Made by a program: the position numbers and the translations under genes. Shown here in pieces: positions 16,025 through 25,675 of a stretch of 32,000 nt of DNA. Origin of the DNA: Spirochaetes bacterium GWF1_51_8 (GTDB lineage: Bacteria > Spirochaetota > Brevinematia > Brevinematales > GWF1-51-8). The first letter of the stretch is position 1. Each line of letters starts with the position of its first letter. The DNA is taken from the NCBI GenBank assembly GCA_001829415.1, contig MIBE01000054.1, positions 25,003 through 57,002 of the forward strand, given 5' to 3'. Under the pieces are notes generated by a model that did no database searches, was not told the DNA's origin, and was given only the letters and a program-made list of their open reading frames with translations.

Positions 16025-17992
16025 ATGATGCCGCGTCTTTTTTTATCCGCCGTGATGGCCGTTCTTATCGCCGTTTCCGGTTTCGCCGCGAGCCTGAAGT
16101 TTACGGTCGCGATGGAATCCCGTAAAATCACCGTCCAGATCAAGTATAAGTCCGGGATGGAAAAGTGGGCGCAGTATGTCGAGAAATCGACCTCGCTTTA
16201 CCTTCCCGCGCTCGAAAAGTACTTCGGCAAGGATGTCCCGATCCCGAACAGCTTCACGATCTATGGCGAGGACAAGACTTATCTCGACGGCAAACAGATC
16301 GGCGGAAAGAACGACGGCAAGGATGTTTACGCCGAGTATGGAATTTCCCCGGCCGGGAATCCCGCGCTGGTTCTGCACGAGATCAACCACTTCCTCTTCC
16401 CTATCCCGAAGGGCGACGAATGGTGTGTCGAGGGCGCGGTCAGTTTTCTTCCGCTCGCTATGCTCGACCGGAAACTGCTCGATCCTGAAATCTTTCCCCT
16501 ATCGGCGTTTTACTGGCATTGGGGCCTGCACGCGTTAAAGCCCGACAACATAAAGGACTATCCGGTCTATCCGGACTTCAGGGACGAAAATGACGCGCGG
16601 GGTTATTTCTATCTTAAGACGTTCAAAGTGCACTACATCCTTTTTAAGGAGCTGGGCGCCGATCTCTACCGTGAGTTCCTCCTGACACTGATCCCGCGCC
16701 AATGGTCGGAAAGCGACCTGACATATATCCCCGCCGCGCTGAACAGCGTGAAGGAGAAGGACTGGAAAGCATTCCTCTCCGGCTGGGTGTATAAGGGTAA
16801 GTACGGCGGGCTTGGGCCCGACTCGTTCCTCGACCAGGACCATGACGGCCTGATCGATATCGACGAAATCTACGGCGTAAGCGATTACAAAAAGACCGAC
16901 ACTGACGGCGACATGATTCCCGACGGCGCCGAGATCGAGCTCGGGACTGACCCCGTGAAGCCCGATCCGGCCTCGGTAATCGAGAAATACGGGCCGTTCC
17001 CTGACGGTATCCCCGGCGACTGGGGCCATATCGCGTCCCTCACCCAATTCGACAATTCCGGCGACGGTTCCGGGGGGTACGATTTCACCGAGATGCAGTA
17101 CTCGATGCGTGACGGTTTCCTGTACGTGATTGTCAGGTCCGCGGCGGGGTTCAAGCCCAAGCCGGACGATTTCTTCGATATCCTGATGGACACCGACCTC
17201 GACGGGACATGGGATTTCGACTGCGCGTTCTACCTGTCGAACCCCGGAGGAAACTGGTTCTACCGTGTCAAGGAAAAAGATTCGTTCGATGCCGTGAATA
17301 CGACGGGCTCATGGAACTTTCATTCCGGAAGTGACGGTAAAACCGCCGCCTACTTTGAGTTTAAGATATCGCTGGCGGAAATAGGCAGTCCGAAAATGCT
17401 GAAGATTCTCCCGATCATCCGCGACCAGAAGGCCGGAAAGAATTACGACGAGATGGGCGGATGGATGGAACTGCTGTGGTTCGACGCGTCCGACACGTAC
17501 GCGGAGATAGTCGAAAAGTACGGCGTGATTATCGATGGGATGGACACCGAATGGAGTTTTATCGCGCACGAAACCTACACCGACAAGGATATCGTGAAGG
17601 CGCCGGAAGCGGCGTTCGACCTTCAGGAGATAGGGCTTTATGTCTCCGGGAACAAGATGTATGTGACCGCGAAGACTCTCGCCACGGAGTTCCCTATCCG
17701 CGATGTGAATTTTACGGTCAGGATCGATATCGACGGCGACAGCCGGACGGATTACGATTGCGCGATGAGTGTGAAAAGCCCCGGTTACCCGTGGGTCTAT
17801 TTTTACTCGAAGGACAACTGGAAAATTATCGCCGGGCACAATGCCGGACTGCACGATGTGTTCGAGATGCAGATTCCTCTCGATGAATTGAAACTTCCGA
17901 AGAAATTCAAGATATCGCCCGCGTTCTGGGATAACGGGCAGAAGAAGTACCTTGACGAATGGTACGAATGGATTCCGGTCGAGGTGAAATAA
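16025..17992 (+). CDS. secreted peptidase-MA-like HExxH protein with Ca-binding DxDxDG repeats and two C-terminal beta-sandwich-like modules
   Basis: 655 aa, preceded by AGGAGG. Signal peptide. HEINH (nt 16376-16390) with EG 14 residues later. DQDHDGLIDIDE...TDTDGDMIPDG repeats. Tandem modules each open with EKYG..DG...W (aa ~320-485 and ~497-655). Confidence 0.8.
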   Translation: MMPRLFLSAVMAVLIAVSGFAASLKFTVAMESRKITVQIKYKSGMEKWAQYVEKSTSLYLPALEKYFGKDVPIPNSFTIYGEDKTYLDGKQIGGKNDGKDVYAEYGISPAGNPALVLHEINHFLFPIPKGDEWCVEGAVSFLPLAMLDRKLLDPEIFPLSAFYWHWGLHALKPDNIKDYPVYPDFRDENDARGYFYLKTFKVHYILFKELGADLYREFLLTLIPRQWSESDLTYIPAALNSVKEKDWKAFLSGWVYKGKYGGLGPDSFLDQDHDGLIDIDEIYGVSDYKKTDTDGDMIPDGAEIELGTDPVKPDPASVIEKYGPFPDGIPGDWGHIASLTQFDNSGDGSGGYDFTEMQYSMRDGFLYVIVRSAAGFKPKPDDFFDILMDTDLDGTWDFDCAFYLSNPGGNWFYRVKEKDSFDAVNTTGSWNFHSGSDGKTAAYFEFKISLAEIGSPKMLKILPIIRDQKAGKNYDEMGGWMELLWFDASDTYAEIVEKYGVIIDGMDTEWSFIAHETYTDKDIVKAPEAAFDLQEIGLYVSGNKMYVTAKTLATEFPIRDVNFTVRIDIDGDSRTDYDCAMSVKSPGYPWVYFYSKDNWKIIAGHNAGLHDVFEMQIPLDELKLPKKFKISPAFWDNGQKKYLDEWYEWIPVEVK

Positions 17993-18001
17993 GGAGGTAT
18001 T

Positions 18002-19483
18002 ATGAAAATCTATCTCCCCTTTATTATTGCACTGCTCATGGCTGTTGTCAGCCTTTCCCATGCGCTTTCAAAAAAAGTAACTTTTAAAACCGTGATAGGC
18101 GAACTGACAATCGAGACGTTCTATAAAGCCGGGATGGAAAAATGGGCAGAAAACATTAATTCAGTTCTAAAAGATTATATTCCCAAGGCTTTAGAGTATG
18201 TGCGGGGAAACCCGTTTCTCATGAAGAGCATGAAAATCTATGGGGTGGATGCGGATTTATTTCAGGGAACAGATATCGGCGGCGAATTTAATGGAGTAGA
18301 CCTTCATCTCGGATACCCCAATACTCCGATCGATAACCCTTCGCTTTTAATCCATGAGATCAATCACTTCCTTTTTCCAATTCCGCAGGGAGACGAATGG
18401 TGCATGGAGGGCTTGGGAAGCTTTTTACCGGTTGCCATGCTTCAAAGCGGGTTTCTCGATCCGAAGAAATACTCCGAAAAGATATTTAACCTTCATTGGG
18501 GTCTCTACCACCCGTTAGCTGAAAATCAGAAAGACCTGCCGGTCTACCCTGATTTTCGGTTCAGTTCTCCCACACAATTTACTTTAGACGCCCCATTTTT
18601 CTATACAAAGACATATAAAATTCAATACCTCATTTTTAAAACGCTGGGGCCGGAAAAATACCGCGACTTTTTATGCTGGTTAAACCAACGGAAATATGCG
18701 TTGCTAAATCTCGAAGCCATACCCGAAAAACTGAAAGAATTGAAGGATATCGACTGGAAACATGTGCTTTCAGGGTGGGTATATAAAGGCGAATATCACG
18801 ATGTGAACATCAACAGTTTCGGCGACTTCGATCATGACGGCCTGATCGATATCGACGAAATTTTCGGTAAATCGGATCCGCGTCTTGCCGATACCGATGG
18901 GGATTTCATTCCCGACGGTAGCGAAATAAACCTCGGCTCAGACCCGTTAAAAGCCGACGATCCGGATTTCATGAAAAAAAACGCCCCATATATCGACGGT
19001 TCTGCCGGAGAATGGAAGTATATCACCTCTCAGAAATTTCAGGACAAAGCCGGAGACGGGAACAAAAAAGCGGGTTACGATTTCACCGAGCTCAATTACA
19101 CATTGAAGGACAACAATCTCTACATCATTGTTCAAAGTCAGTATCCGATTATTCCGAAAGACAATATCGTGTTCGATGTTTTGATTGATTTGGATCTGAA
19201 CGGAGCACCCGATTATGAATTCGCATTTATGATGCCGTCACCGGTCGCGAACTGGATTTACCGTGACGGACCGAAGACGATGTTTATTCCGACAAATACC
19301 CTGTCTTCGTGGAATAACGAAAAAAACGAGCAGGGTGAAACGATCTCCTATTTTGAAATGAAGCTTCCTATGGCCGAAATCGGGTCGCCGAAAAAACTCA
19401 AGATTTTACCTATCGTCCGCGACTTGACTGCCGGTGTAAATTTCGATGAATGGAGTGTTTGGATTCCGGTCGAGGTGAAATAG
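18002..19483 (+). CDS. secreted peptidase-MA-like HExxH protein, shorter paralog with one C-terminal module
   Basis: 493 aa, preceded by AAGGAGG. Signal peptide. HEINHFLFPIPQGDEWCMEG. DFDHDGLIDIDE...DTDGDFIPDG. Same C-terminal WIPVEVK as the upstream gene. Confidence 0.8.
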   Translation: MKIYLPFIIALLMAVVSLSHALSKKVTFKTVIGELTIETFYKAGMEKWAENINSVLKDYIPKALEYVRGNPFLMKSMKIYGVDADLFQGTDIGGEFNGVDLHLGYPNTPIDNPSLLIHEINHFLFPIPQGDEWCMEGLGSFLPVAMLQSGFLDPKKYSEKIFNLHWGLYHPLAENQKDLPVYPDFRFSSPTQFTLDAPFFYTKTYKIQYLIFKTLGPEKYRDFLCWLNQRKYALLNLEAIPEKLKELKDIDWKHVLSGWVYKGEYHDVNINSFGDFDHDGLIDIDEIFGKSDPRLADTDGDFIPDGSEINLGSDPLKADDPDFMKKNAPYIDGSAGEWKYITSQKFQDKAGDGNKKAGYDFTELNYTLKDNNLYIIVQSQYPIIPKDNIVFDVLIDLDLNGAPDYEFAFMMPSPVANWIYRDGPKTMFIPTNTLSSWNNEKNEQGETISYFEMKLPMAEIGSPKKLKILPIVRDLTAGVNFDEWSVWIPVEVK

Positions 19484-19489
19484 ACTCGG

Positions 19490-22400
19490 TTACTTCTTCC
19501 CGGCGACCACCGTCTCCAGAAGCTCACTCAGCTTTTCGATCTCGATGGGTTTATTGAGGATATAGACTTCCTTTTCTCCGGATTTCATTTCCTTCAACTG
19601 GTCTTCCCCGCCGCCGGAGAGGACCGCGATCTCTATATCCACGCCGATCATCGAACGGACTCTGTCGATCAACTGCCAGCCGTTCATCACCGGCATCCCG
19701 ATATCGGTGATAATCAGGTCGTAGGGGTTGGACTGGATCATCCGGATCGCCTTTTCGCCGTTCTCTGCGGTGTCGCACAGATGCCCGAGCATCTCCATCC
19801 TGCGCTGGCCGAGCTGTCTGATCGACTGCTCGTCGTCCACCCAAAGCACCTGAAGACGCTTAGTCTGCCCGACGGGTTCCGGCTTCGGCGGCGTCTTCAA
19901 CTTACGGTTCTTCGATACCGGAAGCCTGAATCGGATCAGCGTCCCTTCGCCGGGAACGGAACGCGCGATCTCGATGTCGCCCTTATGATCCTGAATCACC
20001 GAGTAGACGCCGCTCATTCCCAAACCCCGGCCCAACTCGTAGCCCTTTGTCGTGAAGAACGGCTGGAACACCTTCGCCGCCGTCTCCTCGTCCATCCCGA
20101 TACCGTTATCTGCGATAGCCGCCTCGACAAATCCGTCGTTTATCCCGGTCGTGATCTCGATCTTCCCGCCCTTCGGCATCGCCTCGACACTGTTCTTGAG
20201 AAGGTTGTACACCGCCGATCTGAGCTCGCTCTCGTTGCCGCTGACATCGGGGATGGCGTTCAGATTCTTCACTATATCGAAGTAGACCCCGTTCTGTTCC
20301 GCGCTGTCCTTCCAGAGCGGACGGGTCTGCGCGATGACATCGGCGATCACATCGTTCAGGTTGATCTCCACATACGCGCTTTTGTTGGCCGAAGGCTTAT
20401 TAAAACTTTGCAGCTTCTTGATCCTCGCGGACGCGTCGCTGACGCTCTTCTTCATCGACTGAAGGGTGTCGCGGGTCTCATCGTTGGTGCCCTTGTTCAA
20501 AAAAAGGAGTTCGATATTACCGAGGATCGATTCCAGGCTGTTGTTGAAATCGTGCGCGACCCCGGACGCAAACTCGCCGATAGCGTTCAGCCGCTGATTC
20601 CTGATGATCGTGTTGTATGTGTTCACCTGATCCGTGATATCGTCAAAAACCCCTATTATCTTGGCGGGCTTGCCGTCCTCGAACTCGTAGGTGTGCGACA
20701 ATGTCCGGACGTGCCGTTCCTCGCCGTTCGGACGGACGATCTTGATCTGAAGGTCGTAATCCACCCCGTTTCTGAACGCGTTCTCCCTCTCCATCGCGAA
20801 ACGGTTCCGGTCGTCGGGATGAACAAAATCGACGATGTTCAGCGCACTTGTGTCTGTCGTGTTTTTATCCATGCCGAATATTCCGTACATCTCCGAATTC
20901 CATGTCGTCTCGTTTAGCGGGATGTTCGTTTCCCATATCCCGAGGCGGACCGTTTTCGCCGCGAGCGAGAGACGTTCCTCGCTTTTCCTGAGCTCGTTCT
21001 CGGCCTTCCGCATCTCAGTGTCCTTCCAAACCGAGTCCATCAGCAGGATCAGCTGGCGGACATCCGAATCCGTATAGTCGTTTTCCTTATTCGCCACCCC
21101 GACCACCGCGACAATCCGTCTGCCGATCATCACGGGGATAGTGAGGAACTTTTTCAGTTCGACATGCCCCTCGGGGATACCCTTTTTCAACTCGTTGGGG
21201 GCGGTGAAATTGTTATTGATGATCGGACGGCGCTGACGGATCGCTTCGCCCCAGAAACCCGTTTTTTCAAGGTAGTATAATGTCTGAGGCTTCGCTACCG
21301 TGCACTCTTTCATCACGTCCTTCGACCATGTATTGAGCCTCAGCTCTTTTTTCTCTTCGTTGTAGAAATAGATGTATCCGATCCTGCTTTCAGTCAGCCC
21401 GATAATTTCCTCGAGCGCGAAATCCAGGAACTCCTGTACCGTCCCGGACTCATACCTCGATATCCTCAGCAGTCCCTCGAGCCTCGTCTCGTTCGCCTTG
21501 ATCGCGTCTTCCTGTTTTTGGCGGTCGATCAGGATTTGCGCGTTATAAAGGAAACTCTCGAGCGCGTGGACATCGGTCTGGGTATAGTCCGTCTTTTTAT
21601 TCGCGACAGCCGCAATCGCGACGATCTTCTCGCCGGAAAAAATAGGGACAGAGACCAAACGGGTGATCGGGACATGCCCGCCGGGCAACCCGCGTTTACG
21701 GGAATCGGGCTTCGCATAGTCGTTAACAATCACCGTTTTCCGCTCACGCACCGCTTCCGCCCAAATCCCCGCGTCCGATATCTTGTAATCGAACGGCTTA
21801 TCGCTCATAGCGCATTGTTCCATCGCCTGATCCGACCACGCGTATATCTTCATCTTGGTTTCGTCGTCGCTGATAAACCCGTAGAACGAGAATTCGCTTT
21901 CGGTGATCCGGTAGGTTTCCTTGAGGACATGGTCGGCGATCGACTTGATGCTGACATTCCGGCTCGTGACAAGGAACCACAGGGAGTTGAGGAGATCGAG
22001 CAGTTTTTCCTGCTCGGCCTGCAGACGCATCCGCTCGGTGATATCGCGCGATACGCCCAGCACCGTCTCGACTTCGCCCTGCTCGTTCAACTCGGGGAAG
22101 AACTTAAGGTCGAGATAAATACTTCCGTCGGGGCTCTCCCATTCGAAAATAACGCTCTCGGGATTCCCCGTGCGGAAAACTTCGCCGATGGACTTCTCCC
22201 AAAGCCCGCAAAGTTCGTCTGGGAAACCCATCTCGCGGTGAGTAAGCCCGATATACTCTTCGCGCTTCTTTCCGGTGACGCTTAACGCCGCGATGTTGGC
22301 GTCGATATGCCGGAATTCCCTGTCGTAGCGCATGATATAGTCTTGAATGTTGTTGAAAAGGGTCGAGTACTTCCGCTCGTTGATCGCTAAAAGCCGGTGG

Positions 22401-23527
22401 TTGTTCTCTCTCTCGGTGATATCTATTCCGTAGACATTGATATAGCCGTTCCCGGTTACCGGCGCAAATACGAGAAGGAATATTTTCATCCCTATCTCGT
22501 ACTCGATATCGAACGGCTTATTCTTGTCCATGCACTTTTTAATGATTTCGACCCATTTATTGTCGACAAGCTGATCTTTTTGGATTTGTAAATCGCGCAT
22601 CGCGGCGGCATTGGAGAAAAGGATCAAACCGCCGGCACTTACCCGCATCACGGGATTCGGATTTTCACCCGGGAACTTCGCGAACGATTCGATCTCCTTT
22701 TGAGCCTCGTATTCAGTGGTGACATCGCGGAAGACCATGACCACCCCGTAGATCATCCCGTTTTCATCCGTGATCGGGGCGGCGCTGTCTGCGATCTGAC
22801 GCCTCTGACGGTTCCTATCGATCAGCACCGTATGGTTGGCGAGATTTTGAATCCTTCCCGAACGGAGAACTATTTCCACCGGGTTTAACACCCGTTCCCC
22901 GCTTTCGGAATTGACAATCTGAAAAACATCGGTCAGGTCCCTGCCCTTCGCTTCTTCGCTTGTCCATGCGGTATACTCCTCCGCCTTTTTATTCATCGAC
23001 GTCACTTTCCCTTTCGCGTCGGTCGCGATTACAGCGTCGCCGATAGACTGAAGGGTGATCTCGAGCATCCTCTCGTTATTTTTGACTCCGCTGATATCCG
23101 TGAAAAAGGTGATGAAGTGCAGTTTCTCGGGCGAGAAGACGTTAACTCTGTACCAGCGGTCTAAGGGAAGGGAGTACTGCTCGAATTCCTTTTCGCCGCC
23201 GCCCATCGCCACCTCGGCGTAAAATGAGACCCAGTCGAAATCCCCATTCTTGATTCCGGGAATGACTTCGGTCACTGTTTTACCGACTATCACGGGATCG
23301 TCGAGGCCCGTCATGACTCTAAATGCGGGGTTGATATCGAGGAACTCATAGTCGATAGGGCGATTGTTATCATCAAGAACGATTTTGTGATAGGCGAATC
23401 CGACTGGAGACTTCTCGAGCGCAAGCCGATATAGATCCTTTTCCATGTTTCCTCCGAGCCATTTTTCCCCATACTCGAACGGATCACCCCTAACATTCCG
23501 GAAAAGAAATTCTTTTAGCTTCATCAT
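19490..23527 (-). CDS. cytoplasmic hybrid sensor histidine kinase (multiple PAS, two GAF, HisKA, HATPase_c, C-terminal REC)
   Basis: 1345 aa with no TM segment. H-box ASGVAHDFNNSL. N/G boxes LLKNSVEAM, DNGIGMD, GRGLGMS. Receiver VLWVDDEQSIR...DLIITDIGMPVMNG. Confidence 0.92.
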   Translation of the reverse strand: MMKLKEFLFRNVRGDPFEYGEKWLGGNMEKDLYRLALEKSPVGFAYHKIVLDDNNRPIDYEFLDINPAFRVMTGLDDPVIVGKTVTEVIPGIKNGDFDWVSFYAEVAMGGGEKEFEQYSLPLDRWYRVNVFSPEKLHFITFFTDISGVKNNERMLEITLQSIGDAVIATDAKGKVTSMNKKAEEYTAWTSEEAKGRDLTDVFQIVNSESGERVLNPVEIVLRSGRIQNLANHTVLIDRNRQRRQIADSAAPITDENGMIYGVVMVFRDVTTEYEAQKEIESFAKFPGENPNPVMRVSAGGLILFSNAAAMRDLQIQKDQLVDNKWVEIIKKCMDKNKPFDIEYEIGMKIFLLVFAPVTGNGYINVYGIDITERENNHRLLAINERKYSTLFNNIQDYIMRYDREFRHIDANIAALSVTGKKREEYIGLTHREMGFPDELCGLWEKSIGEVFRTGNPESVIFEWESPDGSIYLDLKFFPELNEQGEVETVLGVSRDITERMRLQAEQEKLLDLLNSLWFLVTSRNVSIKSIADHVLKETYRITESEFSFYGFISDDETKMKIYAWSDQAMEQCAMSDKPFDYKISDAGIWAEAVRERKTVIVNDYAKPDSRKRGLPGGHVPITRLVSVPIFSGEKIVAIAAVANKKTDYTQTDVHALESFLYNAQILIDRQKQEDAIKANETRLEGLLRISRYESGTVQEFLDFALEEIIGLTESRIGYIYFYNEEKKELRLNTWSKDVMKECTVAKPQTLYYLEKTGFWGEAIRQRRPIINNNFTAPNELKKGIPEGHVELKKFLTIPVMIGRRIVAVVGVANKENDYTDSDVRQLILLMDSVWKDTEMRKAENELRKSEERLSLAAKTVRLGIWETNIPLNETTWNSEMYGIFGMDKNTTDTSALNIVDFVHPDDRNRFAMERENAFRNGVDYDLQIKIVRPNGEERHVRTLSHTYEFEDGKPAKIIGVFDDITDQVNTYNTIIRNQRLNAIGEFASGVAHDFNNSLESILGNIELLFLNKGTNDETRDTLQSMKKSVSDASARIKKLQSFNKPSANKSAYVEINLNDVIADVIAQTRPLWKDSAEQNGVYFDIVKNLNAIPDVSGNESELRSAVYNLLKNSVEAMPKGGKIEITTGINDGFVEAAIADNGIGMDEETAAKVFQPFFTTKGYELGRGLGMSGVYSVIQDHKGDIEIARSVPGEGTLIRFRLPVSKNRKLKTPPKPEPVGQTKRLQVLWVDDEQSIRQLGQRRMEMLGHLCDTAENGEKAIRMIQSNPYDLIITDIGMPVMNGWQLIDRVRSMIGVDIEIAVLSGGGEDQLKEMKSGEKEVYILNKPIEIEKLSELLETVVAGKK

Positions 23528-23674
23528 TTTACATCAGAACAAAGGAAGTTTCAATAAATATCGTGATTGGATAATATGAATATTTGGAAAATACCGCCCT
23601 CAACCTAATCAAATATGCCGCCCCATTCCGGAATAAAAATATCCTCGAAAATTTGCGATAGACCGTTTTTTCCA

Positions 23675-23683
23675 TGGTATAAT
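23675..23683 (+). promoter_or_regulatory. extended -10 promoter element upstream of 23746 CDS
   Basis: TGgTATAAT at 23675-23683, about 60 nt before the ATG. Palindromes attccggaat (23625-23634) and ttccggaatt (23695-23704) flank it. Confidence 0.45.
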
Positions 23684-23745
23684 GATGTGTGATTTTCCGG
23701 AATTACATTACGGGAGACCGTTCTTATTAAAATACGGAGGCATAT

Positions 23746-24072
23746 ATGGCGACATTGGTATTAAAGACCCTGAACTGCGTGAAGACCGAGGACGCCGAGG
23801 GGCATGACGAATGCAGAATCGAGGTGTTTTGCGATACCGGGCTTCAGGTTTTGGAAAAGGATATGTCGGCTTCGGACACATGGCAAATAGATAAACCGTT
23901 CGAATTCCAGGGAAGTATCAGTGTGAAGCTGTGGGATATGGACCTCGGGTACTGGCCGGACTATCACGACTACCTCGGCGAGATCAAAATCCAGGCGGCG
24001 CCTGTCACAGGGATTGTGCAGGAATACACCGGCGAAGGCTCGCATTATAAACTCACTTATGATGTGAAGTAG
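23746..24072 (+). CDS. small hypothetical protein (possibly PLAT/C2-like beta-sandwich)
   Basis: 108 aa with ACGGAGG 6 nt upstream. The pattern LNCVKTEDAEGHDECRIEV...VKLWDMDLG..PDYHDYLGEIKI is reminiscent of C2/PLAT-type sandwiches. No firm family assignment. Confidence 0.6.
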   Translation: MATLVLKTLNCVKTEDAEGHDECRIEVFCDTGLQVLEKDMSASDTWQIDKPFEFQGSISVKLWDMDLGYWPDYHDYLGEIKIQAAPVTGIVQEYTGEGSHYKLTYDVK

Positions 24073-24087
24073 CCGGTCATATACTCT

Positions 24088-25560
24088 CTATTTCGTATCC
24101 AAAACATACAATCCGTCCCACGACACGCCGGGCGGGGTTTCGATATACTTCTCGCATCTCGACACGTAGAACCGTGAAAGCGGGTCGTCCGGCAGGTTCA
24201 TGAACTCCGCGGCCGCTTCCCGGAACTGACGGTTCCTATAGAGCGCAAGCCCTTTTTCAAACCCGTTTTTCACGTTCTCACGGGCTTCCCGTTCGCCGCC
24301 GTTATCGAAACACATCACTTCATATATCCGGATGCTCTTCGTTTTACCCTTGACCACCACGTCATCGACTTCTCTCAGCAGGAACATCTCGTTCGGGGCA
24401 CCGGCGGGAAGCGCGCGGAACGTCGTTTCCGAAATAAGGATGGGGCATTTGTAGTGCTTCGTCAGCCCCTCGATACGCGACGACAGGTTGACATTGTCGC
24501 CGATCACCGTATAGTCGATCCTTTTTTCCGAGCCGATATTGCCCGCGATCACATCGCCCGAGTGAATTCCGATCCCTATCTCCAACGGCGCCTTGAGTTC
24601 CGGGTGCATCCGATTGAACTCTTTCAGCCCCCTCGTCATCAGCACCGCCGTGCGGATCGCGCGGAGCGCGTCGTCGTCGCTTTTCACAGGAGCGCCGAAA
24701 ATAGTCATGATCGCGTCGCCGATGAATTTATCGATAGTACCGTTATTCGCGAAGATGATATCTGTCATCGAGGAAAGATAACTGTTCAGGAGCGTCACGA
24801 CCTCTTCGGCGGGCATGGACTCGGAGATCGTCGTGAATGACCGGATATCCGAGAAGAGGATAGTGACCTCCTGCTTTTTCCCGCCCGGTTCGAGGCTCGC
24901 GCTTTTCCTGTACAGCTCCCCCACCAACTGCGGCGGAAGGTACCGCTCCATCATCTTTTTCGTGTTGGCTTCCACCATCATCTTCTTGTTCGACGACGTG
25001 ATGGAATACCCCATCATCGCTATCATGAGAAAGCTGACTACCATCGGGAACATGTCCGGCGCAAACTCATGATGGATATTCAAGCTCGATAAAACCAAAA
25101 GGAGAATAGACAACGCGGCCGAGTAAATCGTCCCGCTCTTGGAATACCTGAGAAGATTGAGAACGAAAAGGAATATCGAGGCGACCATCCCCGGCCAGTT
25201 CCCTTCCTTCGGGACTGTCGGGTCGAACAGGAGCATCATCGCGATAATCAGATAGTCTAATGTCATGACGAAGAATTTCAGCGAGTGATAATAGATATTC
25301 TTCAAAACGATTATCAGGACGATTGATGAAAACAGGAAAAACGAGAAATCGAGAATCAGCGACCGGATTGTCGGGGTGATTTCCGTGTAGGATATGATTC
25401 GGAAAAACGAAAGGGTGTCCAGAATCAGCGTGAATGTGATTAACGTGATACGGGCAATAGCGACTGTTTTTTCGTTCTTGAGTTCGCGTTCCCGCAATAT
25501 CTTATCGACTATCGTCCCGGCCATATCCCATCCCTCTCTGGTTTTCCAAAACGGCATCAT
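24088..25560 (-). CDS. membrane-anchored class III adenylate/guanylate cyclase
   Basis: 490 aa. About six N-terminal TM helices, then a CHD catalytic domain (VTILFSDIRSFTTISE, KFIGDAIMTIFGAP, GIHSGDVIAGNIGS, YTVIGDNVNLSSRIEG) and a short TPR-like tail. Confidence 0.9.
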   Translation of the reverse strand: MMPFWKTREGWDMAGTIVDKILRERELKNEKTVAIARITLITFTLILDTLSFFRIISYTEITPTIRSLILDFSFFLFSSIVLIIVLKNIYYHSLKFFVMTLDYLIIAMMLLFDPTVPKEGNWPGMVASIFLFVLNLLRYSKSGTIYSAALSILLLVLSSLNIHHEFAPDMFPMVVSFLMIAMMGYSITSSNKKMMVEANTKKMMERYLPPQLVGELYRKSASLEPGGKKQEVTILFSDIRSFTTISESMPAEEVVTLLNSYLSSMTDIIFANNGTIDKFIGDAIMTIFGAPVKSDDDALRAIRTAVLMTRGLKEFNRMHPELKAPLEIGIGIHSGDVIAGNIGSEKRIDYTVIGDNVNLSSRIEGLTKHYKCPILISETTFRALPAGAPNEMFLLREVDDVVVKGKTKSIRIYEVMCFDNGGEREARENVKNGFEKGLALYRNRQFREAAAEFMNLPDDPLSRFYVSRCEKYIETPPGVSWDGLYVLDTK

Positions 25561-25675
25561 TTCCCGTTCAAGCGGTAAATAATAGAGGTTTTAAGAAGAA
25601 ATATCAAGAATCTATAAGAGAATGCGTATATCTGCCGTTATTGCGGTATAATATCGCGGATGATGAAGGAATGAC

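Noticed and set aside
19484-19489. Only 6 bp separate the convergent stop codons of the second HExxH gene and the histidine kinase, leaving no room for terminators
   Set aside because: The observation is real, but tight convergent ends are common. Any terminators must lie within the opposing coding sequences. There is nothing further to support from the sequence.
19781-20917. 378-aa and 255-aa (21518-22285) + strand ORFs inside the histidine kinase gene
   Set aside because: The minus-strand frame carries an uninterrupted PAS/GAF/HisKA/HATPase/REC series, so the + frames are shadows.
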